From NCBI GenBank assembly GCA_016179765.1, contig JACPCL010000037.1:5998-69997 (forward strand): a DNA stretch of 64,000 nt. The letters are read 5' to 3'. Position numbers and translations under genes: made by a program. Positions 50,535 to 60,637 of the stretch are shown here, in pieces. Within the stretch, counting starts at the first letter, position 1. The number at the start of each line of letters is the position of its first letter. The notes beneath the pieces are model-generated. The model did not search any database. It saw only the letters and a program-made list of their open reading frames with translations, and was not told where the DNA came from. Source of the DNA: Chloroflexota bacterium (GTDB taxonomy: Bacteria > Chloroflexota > Dehalococcoidia > Lucifugimonadales > JACPCL1).

Positions 50535-51524
50535 GTGCAGACCCCACCGGGGACACCCATTATCCAGGTGGAAGGCCTGAGAGTGGCCTTCTTCTCCAGG
50601 GAGGGGGTGGTGAAGGCCGTGAACGGCATCACCTTCTCCCTACGGGAAAACTCCATCCTCGCCATGGTGGGAGAAAGTGGGTCCGGCAAGACGGTCACCG
50701 CCCTCTCTATCCTTGGCCTGGTACCCTATCCTGGCCGCATCATGGAAGGGAGGGTACTCTTCAACGGCGTTGACCTGGTCACCATGCACCCAGAGGCCCT
50801 GCGCAGGGTGCGCGGGAAGGAGATAGGCATGGTCTTCCAGGACCCCATGTCCTCCCTCAACCCAAGCATTGCCATCGGCATACAGGTAGAGGAGGTGCTG
50901 CTGGCTCATACCGACGCCACCCGGCAAGAGGCCCGTATCTGGGCACAGGAGCTCCTCACGGAGATGGGCTTGCCCGATTCCTCCCGCCTCCTCAAGCAGT
51001 ACCCCTTTCAGCTCAGCGGCGGCATGCGTCAACGGGTCATGCTTTCCATCGCCATGGCCCTGAGGCCCAAAGTGCTCATTGCCGACGAGCCCACCTCCAA
51101 CCTGGACACCACCCTGCAGGCCGCTATCCTCAGCCAGCTCCGCAAGCTGAAGCAGGAGCACGGCACGGCCATCCTCCTTATTACCCACGACATGGGTGTC
51201 GTCGCCCAGATGGCGGACCAGGTGGCGGTCATGTACGCGGGCTCCATCGTGGAGCACGCCGCCACGGCAAACATCTTCCAGCGCCCCGCGCACCCGTACA
51301 CCTGGGGATTGCTGCAATCCATACCCCGGCTGGACGACGCCAGCCGCAAGCTGCGCCCCATGGGGGGCCGGCCGCCAGATTTGATCAATTTGCCGGATGA
51401 GTGTCCCTTCCTTCCTCGCTGCTTTAAGGCCAGCACCCTCTGCCGCGCCAGCCCCAGACCAGCCCTGCGTCCCTTGCAGGAGGGGCATGTGGTGGCCTGT
51501 TTCAACGAAATCAAGCACGAGTGA
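50535..51524 (+). CDS. Oligopeptide/dipeptide ABC ATPase (OppD/DppD-like)
   Basis: GESGSGKT, LSGGMRQR, IADEPT, HPYT, C-terminal CPF..RC..C..AC. Confidence 0.92.
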   Translation: MQTPPGTPIIQVEGLRVAFFSREGVVKAVNGITFSLRENSILAMVGESGSGKTVTALSILGLVPYPGRIMEGRVLFNGVDLVTMHPEALRRVRGKEIGMVFQDPMSSLNPSIAIGIQVEEVLLAHTDATRQEARIWAQELLTEMGLPDSSRLLKQYPFQLSGGMRQRVMLSIAMALRPKVLIADEPTSNLDTTLQAAILSQLRKLKQEHGTAILLITHDMGVVAQMADQVAVMYAGSIVEHAATANIFQRPAHPYTWGLLQSIPRLDDASRKLRPMGGRPPDLINLPDECPFLPRCFKASTLCRASPRPALRPLQEGHVVACFNEIKHE

Positions 51525-51611
51525 AACCAGCCCGGCCGGCCAGGAATAATGGGGAACCTGGCGCCGTGGGGAGATTCGCGAACCGCCCCACGGGTGAATG
51601 CCACCCAGGCC

Positions 51612-52655
51612 TCAGCGCCTCCTGGCCGGCGCCCCCCTCTGCGCCAACTCCGCCACCAGCATCTCCAGCGCCAGGGGTTCCTCTACGTCGCCCGTCTTGA
51701 TGGACACATCGGCCTGGAGCAACAGGCGATACATACCCTCCAACTGATCCGCCGTGTACTTGCGGGCCTGCTCCTCCACCGTGCGCAGGGCAAACTCCCC
51801 CGCCAGCCCCAGACGTTGTGCCAGCTCATTCCTGGGTAGGCCGCTGCCCACCAGCTCCTGAGCAACCATGACAAAGCGTAGCTGCCGCGCCAGCATGGTC
51901 AGAATATAGGAAGCGTCAGCGCCACCCTGCCGCAGGCTTCTAAAAAGTTGCAGGGCCCGTCCCGTCTGGCCGGCCAAGACTGCGTCCACCGCGCGAAAAA
52001 TGTTTGCCTCACGACTGTTGGACACCAACGCCTCAACCTCCTGCTCCGCTATCGTCCCGCCGGAGGCATACAAGGCCAGCTTGTCTATCTCCCCTTGCAG
52101 CACCCAGAGGTTGCCGCCCACCAGCTCCACCAGTAGGTCTACCGCCCCCGCCGAAACAGACGCGCCAGCGGTGGAAACCCTGGCCCGTATCCAGCTCCGC
52201 AACGCATCGCCAGAGGGGACATGGAACATTTGAACCTCTGCCAGGGGAGCGATCCTCTGAAAGAGGGGACTCCTGTTGCGAAGGTCGCCTTCAAGAAACA
52301 CCAGGATGGTGGTTGGCGGCAGGCTGCCCAGCGCCGCGGGCAGGCCTTCCCATGGGTCTGGCCCGCCTTGCACAGGGCGAGGGGTCCGGCCCCTTGGCCT
52401 CTGGCCTTGCGGCTCCCCTGCCTGGGACAGAAGACCTTCCACCAACACCAGGCGCCGCTCTGCCAGGAACGGCGCGGCGCTACAAGCGTCCTGGAGTCGC
52501 GCAAGCGTCAGGCCCTGGCCCTTCAGAAGCGTGGTATTCGCCTCCAGAACCTCTGGCAGGCCCACCGCAGCCTTCAGCCGGTCCAGGACCTCCTTTTTGG
52601 CAAACTCCTCCGGGCCATAGAAAAGGTAGACCCCTTGAGCAATTTTACTTGTCAT
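51612..52655 (-). CDS. holA: DNA polymerase III subunit delta
   Basis: YLFYGPEEF, PFLAERRLVLV, EIDKLALY, ADVSIKTG. Confidence 0.92.
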   Translation of the reverse strand: MTSKIAQGVYLFYGPEEFAKKEVLDRLKAAVGLPEVLEANTTLLKGQGLTLARLQDACSAAPFLAERRLVLVEGLLSQAGEPQGQRPRGRTPRPVQGGPDPWEGLPAALGSLPPTTILVFLEGDLRNRSPLFQRIAPLAEVQMFHVPSGDALRSWIRARVSTAGASVSAGAVDLLVELVGGNLWVLQGEIDKLALYASGGTIAEQEVEALVSNSREANIFRAVDAVLAGQTGRALQLFRSLRQGGADASYILTMLARQLRFVMVAQELVGSGLPRNELAQRLGLAGEFALRTVEEQARKYTADQLEGMYRLLLQADVSIKTGDVEEPLALEMLVAELAQRGAPARRR

Positions 52656-52843
52656 AGTTCCTTAACTCATCCAAGCCGTATATAATAGCCATTACCCTTG
52701 AGAATAACAGCCAAGTTGCCCCTCATCTCTACCAAGCGCATCCCTCCTTCCTGGCTTGCCATAAGCCCAGCCCTGCCGGCCCTCGCCGCAGCACAGGCCA
52801 GGCCTCGCTACGTTTGTACCCACCTACCACCAAAGGACGTTTC

Positions 52844-55156
52844 ATGACCCTTACCAGCGCCGCACTCCTTCGCTTCTTTGGCAAGTACGATGCCCTGGAC
52901 CGCATTGGCACGACGGGCCTGGCAACAGTCTATAGAGCAAAGGACTCCCAAGGCAACCTAGTGGCTTTGAAGGTCTTGCTGGGCTACTTCGCCCAGGAGC
53001 CGGTCCTCCTAGAGCGATTTCTCCTGGCCATGGCCAAAGTCCAGACGCTCCACCATCCCAACATTGCCAACGTCCTGCAGATTGAACACGACGACTCCGG
53101 CGCCTGCGTGGTAATGGAATACGTGCCCTGGCCGACCCTGAAGGCGCGCAATTCCCCTACCCTACCCATGGGTGAGGTCCTGCACATCCTCCATCAAGTC
53201 GCCGCAGCCCTAGACTACGCCCACCAGCAAGGAATCGTCCACAGGGACCTGCGGCCCAGCAACGTCTTCTACAACCCAGAGACAGGGCAGGTCAAGGTCT
53301 CCGACTTCGGCACCATCACCCTCGTGGATGGGGGCTACCCTTTGGTGCGCACCACCGTCAACACGCCCCACCCCAGCTACGCTCCCCCAGAGCAGACCCA
53401 GGGACAACCTCCTGACCCAAGGAACGACGTCTACTCCCTCGGCGCCCTTGCCTACGAGCTCCTTACAGGTGAGATACCTTACGACGCCCTAAACCCCTAC
53501 ACCATTTTATCCAGGCAGCTCGTCACCAACCCTACGCCCCCATCCAGGATTGAGGAAACCCTGCCCCCAGAAGTGGACGAGGTGGTGCTCAAGGCGCTAC
53601 ACCGCCACAGCGACCGGCGGTATGCCAGTTGCACAGCCTTTGTGCAAGCCCTGGAGCAGGCCCTCAGCCAAATGGCGCCGCCGCCTACCTACGCGGGCTC
53701 CACTCAAGCCACCCTAGCGCCCACGCTGCCCGCGCCAGCCCAACAACCCGATATAGAAGGCGCACGAGTCATGTGCCCCCACTGCGGCGCCGGCAACCCC
53801 GCAGCCGCGCAGCGGTGCCAGAACTGCTGGATGACCCTGGGCCGCCAGCCCGTCCTTACCAAGGAAGAGGAGACCCAGTGGACCCGGCGCTACATAGAAC
53901 GCCTGCGCAGGCACAACCGTGCCGTCAAACTGGCTACCCTGGGAGTTGTCTTTGGCCTCCTGGCCCTCTGGGCCTTCGCGGTCATTGAAATCCGCCCGCC
54001 CCTGCCCAAACCCACCACCACCATAAGCTCTGCATCCCCTCCAGGCCAGTGGACCATGGCCGGGTGGAACGCCCTGCACACCAGCGCCGTGCCTGGCCCC
54101 GCCTTTGTGCCGGAGGGCAAGACCCTGTGGAAGTTTACCTCCCAAGGGCCTATTCTAGCAGCCCCCGCTGTGGACGCCCAGCAGGTGTACGTCGCCACCA
54201 GCGATGGCCGCGTCGTTGCCTTGGACAGGGCCTCCGGCGCGGAGGCATGGAGCTTCCACGTCAACGGGCCAGTCAATACCACCCCGGCCAGGGCGGGAGA
54301 CCTCCTCTACTTTGGGCAGAGGGATGGCACCATTTTTGCCCTGGACCCCCGGACGGGCAAAGAGCAATGGCGCTATACCACCGGCGGGGCCATGTACGCC
54401 TCCTTCACCGTAGTGGACGGCGCCCTGTACACCGGCTCCGCGGACAACCACGTCTACGCTTTGGACGCCAACACCGGGAAGCTCCGGTGGAGGCGCGAGG
54501 TAGGGAACTGGGTCATTAGCGCCCCCGCCGTGGTGGATGGCATCGTGCTGGTAGGGTCTCAGGACGGCGAGGTGTACCTGCTAGATGCCTCCAACGGCAC
54601 GCTGCGCAACCAGGTGAACCTGGGTACCGCCATTGACAACTCACCCGTCGTGGTGGGAGACATGGCCTACTTCACCACCAGGGCTGGGCGCGTCATCGGA
54701 CTCAAGTATCACCAGAAAGACATCCCCTTCCAGAAGGCGGTATGGACTATCTGGTTCAACCTCTATATATGGAACATGGCTCCACCTCCATCAGATCCCC
54801 CGGGCCTTATCTGGGGCGCCACCCTCAAGAACGTCCTGGTGCTGGCAGATATGGCCACCGATGGGCAGCGCCTCTTTGTTGCCACCTTTGACGGCGCCTT
54901 GTACGCCTTTGACGTGAACACCGGCCACCAGCTTTGGAAGAAGAGCAGCCTGGGCAAGCTCCGCGCCACGCCCATCGTCTCCGGCGACACCGTGATTCTT
55001 GCCGCTGACCCTGGCCAAGTCGTCGGCTACGACGCCGCCACCGGCGATGAGCGCTGGCGGTATGACCTGAGCGAAGGCTTCATGGCCGCGCCCGCCCTGG
55101 CCGGCGACACCCTGTATACGCCCACAGACCAGGGCAGTCTCTATGCGATTCAATAA
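52844..55156 (+). CDS. Ser/Thr kinase + zinc ribbon + TM + PQQ-like beta-propeller
   Basis: VALKVL, HRDLRPSN, DFG; CPHC..CQNC; repeated ALDxxTGxxxW. Confidence 0.9.
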   Translation: MTLTSAALLRFFGKYDALDRIGTTGLATVYRAKDSQGNLVALKVLLGYFAQEPVLLERFLLAMAKVQTLHHPNIANVLQIEHDDSGACVVMEYVPWPTLKARNSPTLPMGEVLHILHQVAAALDYAHQQGIVHRDLRPSNVFYNPETGQVKVSDFGTITLVDGGYPLVRTTVNTPHPSYAPPEQTQGQPPDPRNDVYSLGALAYELLTGEIPYDALNPYTILSRQLVTNPTPPSRIEETLPPEVDEVVLKALHRHSDRRYASCTAFVQALEQALSQMAPPPTYAGSTQATLAPTLPAPAQQPDIEGARVMCPHCGAGNPAAAQRCQNCWMTLGRQPVLTKEEETQWTRRYIERLRRHNRAVKLATLGVVFGLLALWAFAVIEIRPPLPKPTTTISSASPPGQWTMAGWNALHTSAVPGPAFVPEGKTLWKFTSQGPILAAPAVDAQQVYVATSDGRVVALDRASGAEAWSFHVNGPVNTTPARAGDLLYFGQRDGTIFALDPRTGKEQWRYTTGGAMYASFTVVDGALYTGSADNHVYALDANTGKLRWRREVGNWVISAPAVVDGIVLVGSQDGEVYLLDASNGTLRNQVNLGTAIDNSPVVVGDMAYFTTRAGRVIGLKYHQKDIPFQKAVWTIWFNLYIWNMAPPPSDPPGLIWGATLKNVLVLADMATDGQRLFVATFDGALYAFDVNTGHQLWKKSSLGKLRATPIVSGDTVILAADPGQVVGYDAATGDERWRYDLSEGFMAAPALAGDTLYTPTDQGSLYAIQ

Positions 55157-55212
55157 GAAAACTTGAGCACCGGGCCAGATAACCTTCTGGCACGCTCCGA
55201 GTTGAACCCCCC

Positions 55213-56298
55213 ATGCACATTGGCATCATCGGCATCACCAAAAGCGGCAAGACCACCGTCTATAGCGCCCTCATCCGCTCCGCCGCTACCCAAGCCACCG
55301 GCCAGATGAACCTGGGCGTCGCCAAGGTCGTTGACCCCCGCCTGGACAGGCTCACCGCCATCTTCAAGCCCAAACGCCAGGTGTACGCCGAGGTCCGCTA
55401 CGTGGACATCCCTGGCGCCCCCGAGGGCCTGGGGAAGAGCCAGGGCATCGGCGGCGAATACCTGAACGCCCTCCAGCGGACGGACGCCCTCCTGCACGTT
55501 GTCCGCGCCTTCACCGACCCGGCGGTCCCCCACATCAACGGCTCCGTTGACCCCTACAGGGACGTCACCGCCATGGATATGGAGTTGGCCTTCTCCGACC
55601 TGGCTATCATTGAGCGGCGGTTCAAGCGGCTGGAGGCGGACCTCAAAGGGGCCAAACCCCAGGAACGGGAGCACGCAAAAAAAGAGACCGCCCTCCTTGA
55701 GCGACTGAGGGATGGCCTGGCCTCCGACGTGCCCATCCGCCAGCAGGACGTCTCCGCCGAGGAGCACAAGACCATCAGCAACTACCAGTTCCTCACCGCC
55801 AAGCCCCTCTTCATCATTTTCAACATCGGCGAAGAGCAGCTTCCCCAGGCCACAAGGCTAGAGGAGGAGATGCACAAGCGCCTGGCGAAGCCTAGCGTGC
55901 AGCTCGCGGCCCTGTGCGGCAAGCTGGAGACGGAGCTGGGCCAGATGACCCCAGAGGAGGAAGGGGAGTTTCGCGCCTCCATGGGCGCTGGCGAGTCTGC
56001 CGCGGCGCGGGTCATCCGCCTCTCCTACGAGCTGGTGGGCCTGGTCTCCTTCTTCACCGTAGGCGATGACGAGTGCCGCGCCTGGACCATCCCCTTGGGC
56101 ACGTCAGCGGTGAAGGCCGCGGGCCAGATTCATTCGGACATAGAGCGCGGCTTCATCCGGGCCGAGCTGGTGGCCTACAACGACTTCCTGAAGGCTGGCA
56201 GCCTTCCCAACGCTCGCCGCCAGGGCCTACTGCGACTGGAAGGCAAGACCTACACCGTCAAGGACGGCGACATCATCAACTTCCTGTTCAACGTATGA
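55213..56298 (+). CDS. ychF: Redox-regulated ATPase YchF
   Basis: DPRLD, HVVRAF, FLTAKP, IHSDIERGFIRAE, EGKTYTVKDGD. Confidence 0.95.
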   Translation: MHIGIIGITKSGKTTVYSALIRSAATQATGQMNLGVAKVVDPRLDRLTAIFKPKRQVYAEVRYVDIPGAPEGLGKSQGIGGEYLNALQRTDALLHVVRAFTDPAVPHINGSVDPYRDVTAMDMELAFSDLAIIERRFKRLEADLKGAKPQEREHAKKETALLERLRDGLASDVPIRQQDVSAEEHKTISNYQFLTAKPLFIIFNIGEEQLPQATRLEEEMHKRLAKPSVQLAALCGKLETELGQMTPEEEGEFRASMGAGESAAARVIRLSYELVGLVSFFTVGDDECRAWTIPLGTSAVKAAGQIHSDIERGFIRAELVAYNDFLKAGSLPNARRQGLLRLEGKTYTVKDGDIINFLFNV

Positions 56299-57539
56299 GC
56301 CATCCCATCGCCCTTTACCTCCATATACCCTTTTGCGAGACCAAGTGCCCCTACTGCGACTTCAACACCTACGCAGGCATAGAACCGCTGATTCCGCAGT
56401 ACGTGGACGCCCTGGCCGAAGAGCTCCGCCTGTGGGGTCAGGCCCTGGCAGACTCCCCAAAGGTCAAGGTAATCCTCCCACCCCAAAAGAGTAGTGAGGG
56501 TCGGCGCGTCCCACAGCAGGTGGGAACCATCTTCTTTGGCGGCGGCACACCTTCCTACCTGCCGCCTCAGCACATCCAGCGCCTCATGGATACGGCCCGT
56601 GCCTCCTTCCACCTGCTGCCTGACGCCGAAGCCACCCTGGAGAGCAACCCCGGCGACGTCACCCCAGAACGCCTGGCCGCCTGGCGACAGGCCGGCATCA
56701 ACCGCCTTTCCATCGGCGTACAGAGCCTGGACGACGGCCTGCTGTCCTTGCTGGGCCGCCGCCACACCTCCGCGGAAGCGGTGCAGGCGTACCGCAACGC
56801 CCGGGCCGCCGGCTTCACCAACGTCAACCTTGACCTCATGTTCGGCCTGCCCCGTCAGACCCTGGCCCAGTGGCGGGACACCCTGGCTCCCATCCTGGAC
56901 CTGCGCCCAGAGCACCTCTCCATGTACTGCCTCACCCTGGAAGAGGGCACGCCCCTGTGGGCCTGGGTGCGCTCCGGCGCCGTGCCCGAGCCGGACCCAG
57001 ACCTGGCAGCGGACATGTACCTCCTGGCCCAGGAGCTAGCGGAGGCGGCAGGCTACGACCACTACGAGATCTCCAACTGGGCGCTGCCCGGCTACGAGGC
57101 CCGCCACAACCTGGCCTACTGGCGCAGCCAGCCCTACCTGGGCGTCGGCCCCGGTGCCCACTCCTACCTGGACGGCTATCGCTTCGCCGTCGCCAAGTCG
57201 CCACGGACGTACATCCAGCAGGTGCGGGAGTGCAGCAGCCTTCCCGCCTCCCTGTGGACGCCCCAGGCCTTGAAAGAGCGGGGACTGCTGGAATCGTCGG
57301 AGGCCATAGACGCGCGAACAGCCAGGGGGGAGACCATGATGATGGGCCTGCGCCTCTCCGAGGGTGTAGCCGATGCGGCCTTCCGTGGGCGGTTCGGCGT
57401 GGGCCTGCGGGAGACCTATGCCTCACAGATACTGGACCTGGAGGAGGTGGGCCTGCTGTGCTGGGAAGGCGACTGTCTGAAGCTGACCGCCCGGGGCAAG
57501 CTCCTGGGCAACGAGGTGTTCCAGCGGTTCCTGGGTTAG
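56295..57539 (+). CDS. hemW: Radical SAM heme chaperone HemW
   Basis: YLHIPFCETKCPYCDFN, GGGTPS, HYEISNW, HNLAYW. Confidence 0.92.
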   Translation: MSHPIALYLHIPFCETKCPYCDFNTYAGIEPLIPQYVDALAEELRLWGQALADSPKVKVILPPQKSSEGRRVPQQVGTIFFGGGTPSYLPPQHIQRLMDTARASFHLLPDAEATLESNPGDVTPERLAAWRQAGINRLSIGVQSLDDGLLSLLGRRHTSAEAVQAYRNARAAGFTNVNLDLMFGLPRQTLAQWRDTLAPILDLRPEHLSMYCLTLEEGTPLWAWVRSGAVPEPDPDLAADMYLLAQELAEAAGYDHYEISNWALPGYEARHNLAYWRSQPYLGVGPGAHSYLDGYRFAVAKSPRTYIQQVRECSSLPASLWTPQALKERGLLESSEAIDARTARGETMMMGLRLSEGVADAAFRGRFGVGLRETYASQILDLEEVGLLCWEGDCLKLTARGKLLGNEVFQRFLG

Positions 57540-57595
57540 GTGTACGTGGCATTGGTGCAAGGGCGCGGATACCATGCCCCTACCGGTCTCGCGGT

Positions 57596-58885
57596 CTAGC
57601 CCTGCTGGCCCTCCCCCCTGCTCTCCTTGATGAACGGCAAAAATATCGCTGCCGCTATCAGACGCGCGATGCCCGAGATGAGAAATAGGGTCATGAGGGG
57701 ATAGGCGAAGAGGGTTGGGACGTGGTTGGCTAGGACGCCGCCAAGGACGGCCCCCAGAAAGAGGCCCACACCCCCGAAGGCCGCCAGGTAACCCACCACC
57801 CGCGCCCGCTGGCCTGGCGGCGTAGCCTCATACACGTAGTTCAGTGAACACAGGGCAAAGCCGCTCCAGGAGAGGCCGCCAATGACATTGATGAGCATGA
57901 GGAAGGGCGGCTGCTGAGAGACCAGCCACAGAAAGGGCATAGAGCACAAGCCCAGCCCTGTGATGCGTATCACCCTCACGTTGCCGTGCCTATCGGCGTA
58001 GAGGCCCCACAACCGGCTGCCAATGATCGTCGCCATCACGTGCACCATCTGCAGAAAGAGAAAGGTGGTGTAGCTGAACTTCAGGTCCCGCAGCATGAAG
58101 ATAGAGAAGTAAGGGCCCGCCAGGAATACCCCCAAATACAACGCAGCGGTATACAGGACCACTCGCCCCAGGTTGGTGCGCTGGGCCGTCCTGATGAACT
58201 CCAGCAGCCCCATCCCTGCCCTTGAGGGGCGCATGGGCGGCTCGTGCATTCCCCACACCATGACGAAGGAGCACAGCCGCATGGCCGCAGCCACCATGAA
58301 CACAATGGTAAAGCCCCAGTAAGCCTCGCTGCTCATCCGGTCCAGGAGGAGCCCAAAGCTCAACACCACCGCAATCCCTACCATGTTGCCCGCCGACGCT
58401 CGCATCCCAAAATAGGCCCCGCGCCGGTGCAAGGGTAACAGGTCGGCAATCCAGCTCCCCCAGGCAGGCGCGGGAAGCTGGTACAGCACCGCCGTCAGAA
58501 TGGCCAGGGGCACCAGCCACACCACGGGATCAGCCAGGGACAGGTGAGGAACGGCTGCCAGGGCGAACCAGGGCAGCGCACCGAGGCCAATGGCGATGAG
58601 CAGCACCCCCTTACGGGAGCGCACCCACGCCACAAAGGTATGCGTCAGCAGTTGCGCCTGGGCTGCCAGCAACTGGGGAAAGGCGCTGAGCAGGCCAATC
58701 TGCATGGGTGTGCCGCCCAGGGCAATAGCCAACGGGCCGATGAAGCTGTCTGCGATGGAAAGGGCCAACGTGCCGGGTATGCCCTCCCAGAAGGCCAACC
58801 GGAGGGTGCGGCGCGTGGCCCGCAGACGCCTTTCGTGGTCAGAGGCGCGGTCTTCAGGGTTGCCCGCACTGGCTATCGTGTCCAA
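57596..58885 (-). CDS. MFS transporter
   Basis: Multi-TM; PAWGSWIADL..RRGAYFG; WGLYADRHGN. Confidence 0.88.
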   Translation of the reverse strand: MDTIASAGNPEDRASDHERRLRATRRTLRLAFWEGIPGTLALSIADSFIGPLAIALGGTPMQIGLLSAFPQLLAAQAQLLTHTFVAWVRSRKGVLLIAIGLGALPWFALAAVPHLSLADPVVWLVPLAILTAVLYQLPAPAWGSWIADLLPLHRRGAYFGMRASAGNMVGIAVVLSFGLLLDRMSSEAYWGFTIVFMVAAAMRLCSFVMVWGMHEPPMRPSRAGMGLLEFIRTAQRTNLGRVVLYTAALYLGVFLAGPYFSIFMLRDLKFSYTTFLFLQMVHVMATIIGSRLWGLYADRHGNVRVIRITGLGLCSMPFLWLVSQQPPFLMLINVIGGLSWSGFALCSLNYVYEATPPGQRARVVGYLAAFGGVGLFLGAVLGGVLANHVPTLFAYPLMTLFLISGIARLIAAAIFLPFIKESRGEGQQG

Positions 58886-59031
58886 AGTGCTTGGGAGCGT
58901 ATTCGCTCTCGTACGGGTTTGTCAAGGAAATAACGATGGGTTGCCAACAGATTGGATTTGTGTTAGAAATAGGCCTGAGATGGGTAGAGAGGTCTTTGGG
59001 AGGCAGTAGGTTTAGCGAGGAGACGAACACG

Positions 59032-59583
59032 ATGACGGATAAAACGTACGTGACTCCACAGATGAAGGCGGCCATCGGGGCGGAGAGTGACGCCTGGGAA
59101 TCAACTATGGAAGCCACCTGGTCTGAGCATCGGCGCTTCATCCAGGCAATCATGGACGAAGACCCCATCTACTACGACGAAGAGTACGCCAAGAGGACCA
59201 GGTATGGCGGAATTGTCTGTGCACCCCTCTTTCCTTCCAGCGTCAATCGCCGGCCAATGGGCACACCAGACCCCCTTACGGAGGGATTCAGGAACAACCC
59301 TGAATACGACGCCAGGGGTGGGGGTGCGGAAGGGGGTGGGCAAGGTGGCTTGCCGCGACTAGATTTGTCCCACATCCCGCGAATGCTGAATGGTGGCAAC
59401 GAGATTGAGATCTTTCAATACATGAAGCTGGGAGAGAAGACCATCACCAAGACTCGCATAGCTGACATCTTTCAACGGGAGGGCCGAGCGGGCCGCATGG
59501 TTTTCATAGTCAGCGAGACCGAGGTGAGGAACGATAAGGGGGAATTGCTGATGATCTCTAGAGGTACTGCTATCAGGCGTTAG
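59032..59583 (+). CDS. MaoC/FAS1-like dehydratase (N-terminal-type hotdog)
   Basis: RRFIQAIMDEDPIYYDEEYA..YGGIVCAP; LNGGNEIE. Confidence 0.85.
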   Translation: MTDKTYVTPQMKAAIGAESDAWESTMEATWSEHRRFIQAIMDEDPIYYDEEYAKRTRYGGIVCAPLFPSSVNRRPMGTPDPLTEGFRNNPEYDARGGGAEGGGQGGLPRLDLSHIPRMLNGGNEIEIFQYMKLGEKTITKTRIADIFQREGRAGRMVFIVSETEVRNDKGELLMISRGTAIRR

Positions 59584-59594
59584 GAGGGACTTTC

Positions 59595-60110
59595 ATGGCC
59601 GCAGCATTTGAGGGTAAGCAGGTCTACTCTGACGACGTTCAGGTGGGAATGGATATCCCACCTGTGGTCAAAGGGCCCATGACCCAAGCCCACATCATGC
59701 GCTGGAGCGCCTCCCAGGAGAACTGGCACCGTATCCACTATGACCATCCATTCGCACTTGACCATGAGAAGCTCCCCGACGTCGTGATAAACGGAAGCTG
59801 GAAACAGCAGGTCATGTGCCAGCTTATCAAAGACTGGGTGGGGTTGGGAGGATGGCTTTGGAAAATCAGCTTCCAACACCGGGCAATGAACGTGCCGGGC
59901 GATACCCTCACCGCATGGGGCAGGGTGACTGATAAGTATGTGCAAGAGGGCCTTGGCATTATTGAACTGGAAGTCGGGATGCGCAATCAGAACGACGTTG
60001 AGGCGTGCCCTGGCAAGGCAACGGCCGTACTGCCCATAAGGGGCGGAAGGCCCGTTCCTTATCCCTTTGTGCCTCCTCAGGGAGAGCGGAGCACACCAGG
60101 GTTACGATGA
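59595..60110 (+). CDS. MaoC-like dehydratase (catalytic-type partner)
   Basis: RWSASQENWHRIHYD..LPDVVING, GDTL..GRV. Confidence 0.85.
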   Translation: MAAAFEGKQVYSDDVQVGMDIPPVVKGPMTQAHIMRWSASQENWHRIHYDHPFALDHEKLPDVVINGSWKQQVMCQLIKDWVGLGGWLWKISFQHRAMNVPGDTLTAWGRVTDKYVQEGLGIIELEVGMRNQNDVEACPGKATAVLPIRGGRPVPYPFVPPQGERSTPGLR

Positions 60111-60221
60111 TGAGCTCGTGGCGAAAGTGACAGATCAACCGTTCCTTCGTTTCACTCAGGGCTTCGGCTGCTTGTCGCAAGCGCCATGACGGGGGCGGTC
60201 TGTGGTAAAATGCGAAGTCAG

Positions 60222-60296
60222 CGGGGCGTAGCGCAGCGGTAGCGCGCTTGGTTCGGGACCAAGAGGTCGCGAGTTCAAATCTCGCCGCCCCGACCA
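60222..60296 (+). tRNA. tRNA-Pro(CGG)
   Basis: CGGGGCG acceptor; CTTGG-TTCGGGA-CCAAG anticodon arm; TTCAAAT T-loop; encoded CCA. Confidence 0.96.
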
Positions 60297-60637
60297 CCTC
60301 ATACTTCTTTCGCCACTGACCTTTCCAGGGGAAGGGTCAGCCCGTCATGGCCAGGACCCAGTCATCAGCTGGCCAGCGTAGCCATCTGTGGTAGTTGCGG
60401 CGTGCTGTGTGATGCTGCTTGGGTGGTCTCCTCTTGCCTCGGACAGCCCCAGTCTATGATGGCGACGAAGGCGCCCAGAACCAGCCTGGCCCAGCGTGTA
60501 GCTGGGAGGACCAGAATCCCGGATCGCCTTCCGCACCGTCCGCAGTGGTGATGCCTTTGCCATCATTTCCAAAGGCGAGTATCCCTTGACAGCAAGTGAG
60601 CTATCTGGTAGACTTAGTAGCATCAAAGAGGTGCTAC

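Noticed and set aside
59959-60297. ORFs MVGAARFELATS.. and MELRGLEPPTS.. (61658-61972)
   Set aside because: Typical antisense translations of tRNA genes.
60300-60565. Gene interrupted by the IS1595 (joined with 62757-63000)
   Set aside because: No recognisable protein after removing the element; the most protein-like frame has a stop just upstream.
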